64,000 bases of DNA. It comes from Bacteroidaceae bacterium (GTDB lineage: Bacteria; Bacteroidota; Bacteroidia; Bacteroidales; Bacteroidaceae). Positions 39,689 through 48,082 of this stretch are shown here, piece by piece. Made by a program: the position numbers and the translations under genes. How positions within the stretch are numbered: the first letter of the stretch is position 1; each line of letters begins with the position of its first letter. The notes beneath the pieces are model-generated. The model made no database searches. It was not told the DNA's origin and worked only from the letters and a program-made list of their open reading frames with translations. The stretch lies in NCBI GenBank assembly GCA_017448965.1, contig JAFSKK010000058.1, positions 961 to 64,960 of the forward strand, written 5' to 3'.

Positions 39689-39835
39689 GGAAGTTACCGC
39701 TTCGCTCAGAAGTTATAGAAGTTATCGCTTCGCTTAGGAGTTAAAGCCTATACCACCATGCGGGGTGTAAGTTACCATCTGTCGTACATAACATACGGCT
39801 TTAACTCCTCTAACTCCTTTAACTTCTTTAACTCC
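39689..39835. repeat. inverted GGAGTTAAAG-type decamer arrays flanking a 50-bp core (empty version of the 42422-42896 cassette)
   Basis: The left arm ends ...TTAGGAGTTAAAGCC (39745). The right arm is GGCTTTAACTCCTCTAACTCCTTTAACTTCTTTAACTCC (39797-39835). The left arm also has a 17-bp direct repeat, GAAGTTAYCGCTTCGCT. Confidence 0.8.
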
Positions 39836-39857
39836 AAGAAAGTGGAGCTTGCGAAAC

Positions 39858-41162
39858 TTAAGATTGTTTTATTAAATATTGCTTGAAGTCGGCAAAATCC
39901 TTCGTCATCGGAATGCTCTGCTTCGTACCCTTCATAAAGGCTTGCAACTTAGCTGGAATGTCGATATTGTCGTCAAGAATGCGGTCAACAGTATCCTTGA
40001 ACTTAGCAGGATGAGCCGTTTCCAAGAATACACCTACTTCGCCTGCCTTCAATCCCTCCTTCAAAGCACGATAGCCACAGGCACCATGAGGGTCACATAC
40101 ATAACCTGTCTCAACCTTCACCTCCTTGATGGTCTCGGCAATCTGCTCATCCTTGTAGGTCGCACCGCTGATGTCGGCACAGATGGCTTCGTGGCTCTTG
40201 CCATAGAGTTCATACACACGGGCAAAGTTGCTGGGGTCGCCCACATCCATCGCATTGGCAATGGTCTGTACCGATGCCTTGGGTTCATACTTGCCTGTCT
40301 GCAGATACTTAAAGAAGATGTCATTCGCATTGTTGGCAGCAATGAAACGCTTGACGGGCAGCCCCATCTTCTTGCCAAAGAGTGCCGAACAGATGTTGCC
40401 AAAGTTGCCCGAAGGCACACACACCACCAGTTGGTCGGCTAAACCCTTCTTCTTCATCTGAGCGTATGCATAGAAGTAGTAGAATGCCTGCGGGAGGAAA
40501 CGAGCCACATTGATGGAGTTGGCAGAGGTCAACTGCATGTGCTTGTTCAGGTCGGCATCCATAAAGGCATTCTTCACCAGTGCCTGACAGTCGTCGAACA
40601 CGCCATCCACCTCCACTGCGGTGATGTTCTGACCCAATGTCGTGAACTGACACTCCTGAATCGGACTTACTTTCCCCTTCGGATAGAGCACATACACATG
40701 AATGCCATCCACACCAAGGAATCCGTTTGCCACAGCACTACCCGTATCACCCGATGTTGCCACGAGCACATTCACCTGCCCTGCCCCTTCCTTCTTTAGG
40801 AAGAACTGCAAGAGACGCGCCATGAAACGTGCACCCACATCCTTGAACGCGAGTGTAGGACCGTGAAAGAGTTCCAGAGAATAGATGCTGTCGGTCACCT
40901 TCACACAAGGGCAATCGAACGCCAGCGTGTCATACACGATTCGCTTCAGATCCTCAGCAGGCACATCCTCGCCAAAGAAGGCATCAGCCACCGTATAGGC
41001 AATCTCTTGGAAAGAAAGGTTCTCTATGTTGTCGAAAAACTCCTGAGGCAAGGCCTTGATGCGCTCAGGCATATAGAGTCCCTTGTCCTCTGCGAGTCCT
41101 TTCACCACCGCCTTCTCCAGTGTGGCGATAGGTGCATGTCCGTTAGTCGAATAAAATTTCAT
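39858..41162 (-). CDS. thrC: threonine synthase
   Basis: 434 aa with the PLP lysine motif HGPTLAFKDVG. It is the last gene of the thr operon. Confidence 0.93.
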   Translation of the reverse strand: MKFYSTNGHAPIATLEKAVVKGLAEDKGLYMPERIKALPQEFFDNIENLSFQEIAYTVADAFFGEDVPAEDLKRIVYDTLAFDCPCVKVTDSIYSLELFHGPTLAFKDVGARFMARLLQFFLKKEGAGQVNVLVATSGDTGSAVANGFLGVDGIHVYVLYPKGKVSPIQECQFTTLGQNITAVEVDGVFDDCQALVKNAFMDADLNKHMQLTSANSINVARFLPQAFYYFYAYAQMKKKGLADQLVVCVPSGNFGNICSALFGKKMGLPVKRFIAANNANDIFFKYLQTGKYEPKASVQTIANAMDVGDPSNFARVYELYGKSHEAICADISGATYKDEQIAETIKEVKVETGYVCDPHGACGYRALKEGLKAGEVGVFLETAHPAKFKDTVDRILDDNIDIPAKLQAFMKGTKQSIPMTKDFADFKQYLIKQS

Positions 41163-41173
41163 GCTTATCTTTT

Positions 41174-42400
41174 TTATATCTTCATTAGCTCTTTAATAAA
41201 CTCATCCTTTTCCAACTGGCCGTAACTCCCCTTCTGGCAAGCCACCTCGTCAAAGGTCTCCACTTCATCTGCCTCTATGCCTGGTGCATAGATGAGGAAG
41301 GGAATCGGTTCGTTGGTGTGGGTGCGATGTGCCACAGGTGTAGGATGGTCGGGCAACACGGCGATGGCCACCTGCTGATCCTTCACGGCTTCATAGACTG
41401 GCTTCACGATGCGGCTGTCCAGATATTCAATGGTCTTCAGCTTCAGCTCCAAGTCGCCATCATGTCCTGCCTCATCCGAAGCCTCCACATGCACATAGAC
41501 GAAGTCGTCCGTCTCCAGTGCCTTGATGGCTGCCTGCGCCTTACCTTCGTAGTTGGTGTCAGCCAACCCTGTGGCTCCTGGCACATCAATCACTCTCAAT
41601 CCTGCCAACGTGCCAATGCCCCTGATGAGGTCAACGGCCGTGATGACAGCACCTCGCTTGATTTGCGGGAAAGTCTCGGTGAGCGGCACCATGTGGGGGC
41701 GATACCCTCCTGCCCAAGGCCAGATGCTGTTTGCCTGACGTTCGCCACGCTTCGCCTTCTCCACGTTGTAGGGATGACGAGCCAGCAACTCCTGCGAACG
41801 GAGAATCAAGTCATTGAGCAGGTCTGCTGTTTCCTGAGCCGTCAGTTCGTTATCTTTAGGTGCATCTGCCTTTGCCGTCACGAGCAGCGGACGCCAAGGT
41901 TCGCCTGGATGATCGTGTGGCGGCTGACATTCCACATGCTTGTTGCCGCCTTTGATGACGAGCAGATGGCGATATTGCACACCACAATAGAATCTCACCC
42001 TGTCTGTAGCCAGATGCTCATTGAGGTAGTCAATCAACACCGCCGCATCATCCGTCTGCAGATTTCCTCCATTGTGCGTGACAATGTTGCCGTCCTCCAG
42101 CGTGATGATGTTGCAGCGAATCGCCATATCGTCGGGCGCCAAGTCCACACCGATGCTGGCAGCCTCCAGAGGGCCACGACCTTCATACACCTCGTTCTGG
42201 TCATATCCGAGGATGCTACTGTTCGCCACTTCACTGCCCGGATGGAACCCGTCTTGCACCGTCTTCAACATGCCACAACGCCCCATCCTTGCCAACATGT
42301 CCATGTAGGGCGTCTCGGCATACTGCATTAAGGTCTTATTTCCCAGCGACTCAACTGGCCAATCGGCCATACCGTCGCCTAATATGATGATGTGTTTCAT
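41174..42400 (-). CDS. cofactor-independent phosphoglycerate mutase-like protein (proposed homoserine kinase of thrB-less Bacteroidetes)
   Basis: Start MKHIIILGDGMAD at 42400. It has an alkaline-phosphatase-superfamily metal-site pattern (DGMAD, HVEASDEAGH) and is embedded between thrA and thrC. Confidence 0.8.
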   Translation of the reverse strand: MKHIIILGDGMADWPVESLGNKTLMQYAETPYMDMLARMGRCGMLKTVQDGFHPGSEVANSSILGYDQNEVYEGRGPLEAASIGVDLAPDDMAIRCNIITLEDGNIVTHNGGNLQTDDAAVLIDYLNEHLATDRVRFYCGVQYRHLLVIKGGNKHVECQPPHDHPGEPWRPLLVTAKADAPKDNELTAQETADLLNDLILRSQELLARHPYNVEKAKRGERQANSIWPWAGGYRPHMVPLTETFPQIKRGAVITAVDLIRGIGTLAGLRVIDVPGATGLADTNYEGKAQAAIKALETDDFVYVHVEASDEAGHDGDLELKLKTIEYLDSRIVKPVYEAVKDQQVAIAVLPDHPTPVAHRTHTNEPIPFLIYAPGIEADEVETFDEVACQKGSYGQLEKDEFIKELMKI

Positions 42401-42421
42401 TGTCTCTATTTCTCTTGATGA

Positions 42422-42461
42422 GGAGTTAAAGGAGTTAGAGGGAGTTATAGGAGTTAAAGCC
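42422..42461. repeat. left inverted decamer array (GGAGTTAAAG GAGTTAGAGG GAGTTATAGG AGTTAAAGCC)
   Basis: About 93 percent complementary to 42856-42896 (two mismatches, one indel, aligned by hand). Confidence 0.9.
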
Positions 42462-42470
42462 AGATGCTGG

Positions 42471-42848
42471 CTACATTTCTGCACTATAATCCTTATCAAT
42501 TACTCCCTTACAATATGCATTAAGCATTTTGCTGGCATCTTCTATGGACTTTCCCATCATACTATACTCTTCTGTATTTATATAACCTAAGTCTCGCGAG
42601 AGAATGATATAATATCGACACTCCTCCAAACTTCCTTGTGCAATGTTAAAGAAACGGAGTTTGTCAGCCTTACTCAACTTTCTATATCCTTCTGCTATAT
42701 TAGCAGGAATGGACACAGCTGCTCTTTGAAACTGAGAGCCCAAACCGAATCTCTCATACTCAGGGAAATTTCTCGTCACCTGATATACTTTCAGCACAAA
42801 ATCATGTGCCTTCTTCCAAGCCACAATATCCTGAAAAGTATTTGTCAT
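42471..42848 (-). CDS. four-helix-bundle protein (23S rRNA intervening-sequence protein family, TIGR02436-like)
   Basis: 125 aa. Pattern: W.KAHDFVLKVY..T..FP..E.FGL.SQ..RAAVSIPANIAEG......K...FF.IA.GSLEE. Confidence 0.85.
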   Translation of the reverse strand: MTNTFQDIVAWKKAHDFVLKVYQVTRNFPEYERFGLGSQFQRAAVSIPANIAEGYRKLSKADKLRFFNIAQGSLEECRYYIILSRDLGYINTEEYSMMGKSIEDASKMLNAYCKGVIDKDYSAEM

Positions 42849-42855
42849 CGCATTC

Positions 42856-42896
42856 GGCTTTTAACTCCTTTAACTCCTTCTAACTCCTTTAACTCC
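42856..42896. repeat. right inverted decamer array (GGCTTTTAACTCCTTTAACTCCTTCTAACTCCTTTAACTCC)
   Basis: Reverse complement of the left array. It ends 4 nt before the thrA stop codon. Confidence 0.9.
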
Positions 42897-42900
42897 TGTT

Positions 42901-45396
42901 TTAAATATTCGCAATACTCATGATGTCGGCAAACACACCAGCTGCGGTCACAGAGGCACCGGCACCATAACCCTGAATGAGCATGGGGTACTGGTTGTAG
43001 CGTTCCGTAGTGATGAGAATGATGTTGTTCGAGCCTTCGAGGTCGTAGAATGGATGACGCTCACCCACACGCTCCAACGACACGGAACCCTTGCCGTTTT
43101 CCAGCTTGGCCACGAAGCGCCAATGCTGATGAGCTGCCTCCACCTCCTTGCGCTCTGCCTCGAACTGGGCATCGAGTGTTGGGAGGTTCTTCCAGAAGTC
43201 TTCCAACGAACCATCAAAGAAGGGCTGCGGAATGAAGAGGTTTTTCTCCACATCCTCCTGATTCATCTTGTAGCCAGCCTCACGAGAGAGGATGACCAAC
43301 TTGCGAATCACGTCTTTACCGCTCAAGTCAATACGTGGGTCTGGCTCAGCATAACCCTCTTCCTTAGCTCTACGCACCGTCTCGCTGAAAGGCACATTCT
43401 CCGAAATCGTGTTGAAGATGAAGTTCAGCGTACCGCTCAGCACAGCCTCCAACTTCAGAATCTTGTCACCCGAATTGATGAGGTCATTGATGGTGTTGAT
43501 AATCGGCAGACCTGCACCCACATTCGTCTCGAACAGATACTTCACACCACGCTTACGGGCAGTAGCCTTCAGACGTGCATAGTTATCGTAGTCGCTCGAT
43601 GCAGCCACCTTGTTGGCAGCCACCACCGAGATGTTATTGCTCAGCAAATCCTCATACAGCCCTGCCACATCGGCGCTGGCCGTGCAATCCACAAACACGC
43701 TGTTGAAGATGTTCATGCCGATGACTTCCTCCTTCAGACGTTCCAGGTCACTTGCCTCAGCAGCCTTCAAACCGGCACGCAGTTCTGCAATGGAGAACTT
43801 GCCATCCTTTTCCCACTGTGACAGGTTGATGCCGTTTCTGTCAAACATCGCATTGTGTCCGCTGGCGATGCCCACCACATTGATTTGCAGGTTACGCTCC
43901 TTCATCAGCTTCTGACGTTGCCCGGCAATCTGCTCCAACAGACTTCCACCCACGGTGCCGACGCCACACAGGAAGACGTTCAGCACCTGGTATTCTGACA
44001 GAAAAAACGAGTCGTGAATCACATTCAGCGACTTTCTGAGGCTCTTCCGCTCCACCACAAACGAGATGTTCGTCTCGCTGGCACCCTGTGCACAAGCAAT
44101 CACGCTGATACCGTTACGTCCCAACGTACCAAAGAGCTTACCAGCAATACCAGGCGTATGCTTCATGTTCTCACCCACGATAGCCACCGTCGCCAAGTCA
44201 CGCTCCAGCTTCATCTTGTACATCGCGCCCATCTCTATCTCCTTCGCGAACTCCTTGTTCAGCACCTCACAAGCACGGTCAGCATCCGCATCGGTCACAC
44301 CAATGGATGTGCTGTTTTCCGAACTTGCCTGACTCACCATGAACACGCTGATACCGTTCTCTGCCAAAGTCGTGAAGATGCGGCGGTTCACACCAATCAC
44401 ACCCACCATCGACAAACCGCTCACCGTGATCAGGCTCGTGTTGTTGATGGAAGAGATGCCCTTGATGGCACGTCCTTCATCCTCCGTCTCATCCATATTC
44501 GTGATGATGGTTCCCTTGTCCTCAGGACGGAACGTGTTCTTAATGAGAATTGGAATGTTCTTGAGGCAAACAGGGTAAATCGTCGGAGGATACACCACCT
44601 TCGCACCGAAGTTGCAAAGCTCCGTCGCCTCCACATACGAAAGTCGTTCGATGGGGTATGCCGTATTGATGACACGTGGGTCAGCCGTCATAAAGCCGCT
44701 CACGTCCGTCCAGATTTCCAACACCTCAGCATTCAGCGCAGCCGCCAAGATAGCAGCCGTGTAGTCAGAACCACCACGTCCGAGGTTCGTCACCTCGCCC
44801 GTCACACTGTCTGTCGAAATGAAACCACCGCAGACACCCACAGTATTCATTCCTGATTCCTCATTCCTAATTCCTAATTCACCAAAGGTTTCCAGAATCA
44901 GTGGCATACTGATAGAATTGCTGAACAAGTTACGACCCTGCTTCTTCTTCGTCTTGATGAACTCCAGCGAATTGTACCACTTGGCACCCGCAATCAACGT
45001 TGCCACGATGTTCGAACTGATACGCTCGCCATACGACACAATCGCATTGCTCGTCTTCTCGCTCAGGTCGCCAATCAGATACACACCCTGATAGATGCTC
45101 TTCAACTGACCCAGCAACTCGTCCACCGTCGCCAGCAACGTCTGTTTCTTCTCCGTGTCTGTGATAATGGCGTCAATCATCTGGTGGTGACGCTCCACCA
45201 TCTCTTCATAAGCCGTGAGGTACGCCCCGTCGCCGGCAACCGCCAGTTTCGAGGTGTTGATGAGCTTGTCGGTAATGCCGCCCAAAGCCGACACCACCAC
45301 CACGACAGGCTCCTGCTGTCCCTCCACAATCTTCTTCAAATTGAGAATGCTCTCCACGGAACCAACCGAAGTTCCGCCAAACTTTAATACCTTCAT
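42901..45396 (-). CDS. thrA: bifunctional aspartokinase / homoserine dehydrogenase
   Basis: Start MKVLKFGGTSVG at 45396 (aspartokinase N-terminus). It has ACT regions and a C-terminal homoserine dehydrogenase domain (FLCGVGTVGG). The longer ORF to 45531 runs through the promoter. Confidence 0.93.
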   Translation of the reverse strand: MKVLKFGGTSVGSVESILNLKKIVEGQQEPVVVVVSALGGITDKLINTSKLAVAGDGAYLTAYEEMVERHHQMIDAIITDTEKKQTLLATVDELLGQLKSIYQGVYLIGDLSEKTSNAIVSYGERISSNIVATLIAGAKWYNSLEFIKTKKKQGRNLFSNSISMPLILETFGELGIRNEESGMNTVGVCGGFISTDSVTGEVTNLGRGGSDYTAAILAAALNAEVLEIWTDVSGFMTADPRVINTAYPIERLSYVEATELCNFGAKVVYPPTIYPVCLKNIPILIKNTFRPEDKGTIITNMDETEDEGRAIKGISSINNTSLITVSGLSMVGVIGVNRRIFTTLAENGISVFMVSQASSENSTSIGVTDADADRACEVLNKEFAKEIEMGAMYKMKLERDLATVAIVGENMKHTPGIAGKLFGTLGRNGISVIACAQGASETNISFVVERKSLRKSLNVIHDSFFLSEYQVLNVFLCGVGTVGGSLLEQIAGQRQKLMKERNLQINVVGIASGHNAMFDRNGINLSQWEKDGKFSIAELRAGLKAAEASDLERLKEEVIGMNIFNSVFVDCTASADVAGLYEDLLSNNISVVAANKVAASSDYDNYARLKATARKRGVKYLFETNVGAGLPIINTINDLINSGDKILKLEAVLSGTLNFIFNTISENVPFSETVRRAKEEGYAEPDPRIDLSGKDVIRKLVILSREAGYKMNQEDVEKNLFIPQPFFDGSLEDFWKNLPTLDAQFEAERKEVEAAHQHWRFVAKLENGKGSVSLERVGERHPFYDLEGSNNIILITTERYNQYPMLIQGYGAGASVTAAGVFADIMSIANI

Positions 45397-45435
45397 TCCG
45401 TATATCTTTAGGGTACCATATTCAAAAAACAGTTG

Positions 45436-45443
45436 CAAAGGTA
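45436..45443 (-). promoter_or_regulatory. -7 promoter box TACCTTTG for the thr operon
   Basis: Reverse complement of CAAAGGTA, about 40 nt upstream of the thrA ATG. Confidence 0.5.
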
Positions 45444-45518
45444 CGTCATTTTCACCGAACGGCAAAGAAAAATCCTCAAAACCAACTTTTTGAGGAAGGA
45501 AAATGTAGGGGTAGAAAG

Positions 45519-45554
45519 AAAGAACGTGCATTCGATGTCGAACGCACGTTCTTT
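45519..45554 (-). terminator. hairpin terminator downstream of the GH115 gene
   Basis: AAAGAACGTGC / GCACGTTCTTT 11-bp stem, 9 nt after the stop at 45563, with a T-rich tail on the minus strand. Confidence 0.5.
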
Positions 45555-45562
45555 ATAAGTTA

Positions 45563-48073
45563 TCACAATGTCGGGTTCCCGAAGTAACTGTAGTGGTTGT
45601 TGTCGGGGTTGACCACGATTTGCTCGACGACGATTTCGGGGTCAATCATGATGAGTCGGAGCGTATGCTTGCCCTCTGCGATGTCGTGGAAAGTGACGGA
45701 GAGCCAGCGGAGGTTGTCGAACACTTCGTCACGACGGGGCAGTTTCCGTCCGTTCCAATAGCCGCTGAGGGCGAGTTGGCCGTGAGGCGGCAGGGGCTTG
45801 AGCACTTTGGAACGGGCGATATTCTTGGGGGTGTACTCCTGAAACTCGTCGTGCAATCCCTGACGGGCATCAATCGTCTGCATGGGCTGGTTGTCTATCT
45901 GCACGCCGATGCGGAGACCACGGGCAGGATAGATGTCCTGTGTGGGAAGGATGCCGATAGCCACTTTTCCTTCAGCGGTGAGATGGACTTCATATTCGAG
46001 TGTGGCTCCGCTGTCTTGTGCCTTCACGTTGCTGCTGCCCATGCAGCCGTCGGCACGTCCGAGGTCGGGCAGGAACATCCACGTGGCTTCCTTGCCGTCG
46101 GTTTTGCAGGTGTAGCGATGGGCTGGAATGCTGTATTCAAGAGTGGATGCTGTGCCGCTGGCGATATGGTCAACATTGAAACCGAGGGTCACAGGATTGA
46201 CGTTCTTGTCGGGAATCGACCACTTGGTGTAGCCGATGTGATTGTCCTGCATCATCTTGTTCCACTTGCCGCCAGCCAATTGGTGGTAGTAGTCGCTGAG
46301 TTGGCGGTCGCGAGCCATCAGTTGCTCCACGAGCGGAGAGTTTCCACGGGTGGCAGCGTTGTAAATCTGAACCACTCCTGCACTCGCCACCACGGGGTAG
46401 TACACCAACTGGTAGTAGGCATCCTGAGCATCAGCAGGAATCTTCGTCCGCAACGCCTCAGCACGGGCAGCAAGGGAGAGCCAAAGGCTGTCCATTCGGT
46501 TCATTTCTTCGCTGTTGAAGATGCCAGGCACTTGCACTTCGGGCTTGCGCAACAGGTTGTATTTCGAGTATTGCGCGATGAGGGCGGCGGATTCCTTGAC
46601 TATTTCAGCAGGACAACCGCTGAACACGGAAGCAGAGAACTGCTCCAGCCACGCCTGCTCGTCGCCAGCCTTGATGGCTTCGGGATTCCAGGCATAGTGC
46701 ATGATGAAGTCGATGGGCACCTCCTTGGGCTTCAGGTCGCCCACGTTGATGATCCAGATGCGGTCGATGCCCGTCTGATAGGCGAGGTTGAGTTGCTCGC
46801 GCAGTTTGGGAATGGTGGTGGTGTTCACCCATCGGTCGTTCCAAGGGCCACCGTTCATGTCGATATGGTAGTAGAGGCCAAGTCCTCCCTTGCGTTTGCG
46901 CTCGAAGTCGCGTCCGATGCGACGGATGTAGCCCCAGTTGTTGTCGCAAAGCAGCAGGGTCACGTCGTCGGGCACCGTGAAGCCAGCATCGTAGTAACGC
47001 TGCACTTCGGTGAAGATGGCCCACAATTGCGGCACAGCATCCTCACGCCCATACACCTTCTTGATGATGGCACGCTGACCCTTCACCACCTCGGCCAAGG
47101 TCTTCATGTTGTCCTCGTCATCGCCCTTTCCCATCGCCACATCGCCGTCGCCTCGCATACCGATGGTGACAAGATTGTCGTAGTTCTTGTTGCGCTGCAT
47201 GCCCTCGAGGAAAAACTCATCCACTCGCTGCTTGTTCGTGGCATAATCCCAAGGTCCCACCTGCTCCTTCCGCTTCAGGTATTCGCGATGCGACCGCATC
47301 ATCGGCTCATGATGAGAAGTGCCCATCACAATGCCGTACTCATCGGCCAGACGTGGGCTTTCGGGGTCATCCTCATTGAAGGCCGTTGCCCACATGGCTG
47401 GCCACAGGTAGTTGGCCTTCAAGCGCAAGAGCAACTCAAACATGTGGGCATACATCTTGGAGTTCACGCCTCCGAAGTGTTCCGTTGCCCATCCGCCAAA
47501 CGAGGGCCATTCGTCGTTGATGAAGATGCCACGATACTTCACTTTGGGCGATGGCTGCACAAAGCGTCCATCCGTCCAATACACCTCGTCCTGATGCTGC
47601 ACAGGCACATCTGCCCACCAGTACCAGGGCGACACACCTATTCTCTGGCTTATCTCGTAGATGCCGTAGATGGTGCCTCGCTTGTCGCTTCCAGCCACCA
47701 CCAGACAACCGTCCACCACATCGATAACGAACGACTCCCATTGCCCCTTCACCTTGTTTACATCGAGTTTCCTCTGCTTCACAAGCCCGTCAATCAAGCG
47801 GCTCTTACCAATGGTTCCGACATAAATGGTGCCAGTGCAATTTTCAATTTTCAACTTTCCATTTTCAATTTCCACAGCACTCGCTGTGCCCGTCACCCTC
47901 CGCACATCGTCGCCCAAGTCGCGGGCAGCGCGAATCACTCCTACCCAATCCTTCTCATCCACCACGATGGAAGCCGCCTTGCCGTCTTTGGCAATGCAGA
48001 ACTGCTTACTTTGTGCTGCCACGTTCATCGCCATCACAACACAGGCGATGCATATTGTCCATAATCTTTTCAT
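45563..48073 (-). CDS. glycoside hydrolase family 115 (xylan alpha-glucuronidase-like), copy 1
   Basis: 836 aa with a signal peptide. Has the hallmark GSDKRGTIYGIYEISQRIGVSPWYWWADVP and MGTSHHEPM. Confidence 0.85.
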   Translation of the reverse strand: MKRLWTICIACVVMAMNVAAQSKQFCIAKDGKAASIVVDEKDWVGVIRAARDLGDDVRRVTGTASAVEIENGKLKIENCTGTIYVGTIGKSRLIDGLVKQRKLDVNKVKGQWESFVIDVVDGCLVVAGSDKRGTIYGIYEISQRIGVSPWYWWADVPVQHQDEVYWTDGRFVQPSPKVKYRGIFINDEWPSFGGWATEHFGGVNSKMYAHMFELLLRLKANYLWPAMWATAFNEDDPESPRLADEYGIVMGTSHHEPMMRSHREYLKRKEQVGPWDYATNKQRVDEFFLEGMQRNKNYDNLVTIGMRGDGDVAMGKGDDEDNMKTLAEVVKGQRAIIKKVYGREDAVPQLWAIFTEVQRYYDAGFTVPDDVTLLLCDNNWGYIRRIGRDFERKRKGGLGLYYHIDMNGGPWNDRWVNTTTIPKLREQLNLAYQTGIDRIWIINVGDLKPKEVPIDFIMHYAWNPEAIKAGDEQAWLEQFSASVFSGCPAEIVKESAALIAQYSKYNLLRKPEVQVPGIFNSEEMNRMDSLWLSLAARAEALRTKIPADAQDAYYQLVYYPVVASAGVVQIYNAATRGNSPLVEQLMARDRQLSDYYHQLAGGKWNKMMQDNHIGYTKWSIPDKNVNPVTLGFNVDHIASGTASTLEYSIPAHRYTCKTDGKEATWMFLPDLGRADGCMGSSNVKAQDSGATLEYEVHLTAEGKVAIGILPTQDIYPARGLRIGVQIDNQPMQTIDARQGLHDEFQEYTPKNIARSKVLKPLPPHGQLALSGYWNGRKLPRRDEVFDNLRWLSVTFHDIAEGKHTLRLIMIDPEIVVEQIVVNPDNNHYSYFGNPTL

Positions 48074-48082
48074 CTTTTTGCA

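Noticed and set aside
45397-45562. Threonine-operon leader peptide or attenuator upstream of thrA
   Set aside because: The -7 box at 45436-45443 leaves only a roughly 30-40-nt leader with no Thr/Ile-rich mini-ORF. The hairpin at 45519-45554 lies upstream of the promoter and fits better as the GH115 terminator.
45593-48064. 823-aa ORF on the plus strand spanning almost the whole GH115 gene
   Set aside because: It is antisense to a gene with clear family motifs. Its product is low-complexity (H, V, G and L rich) with no motif. Long antisense ORFs are expected from the codon bias of GC-rich genes.
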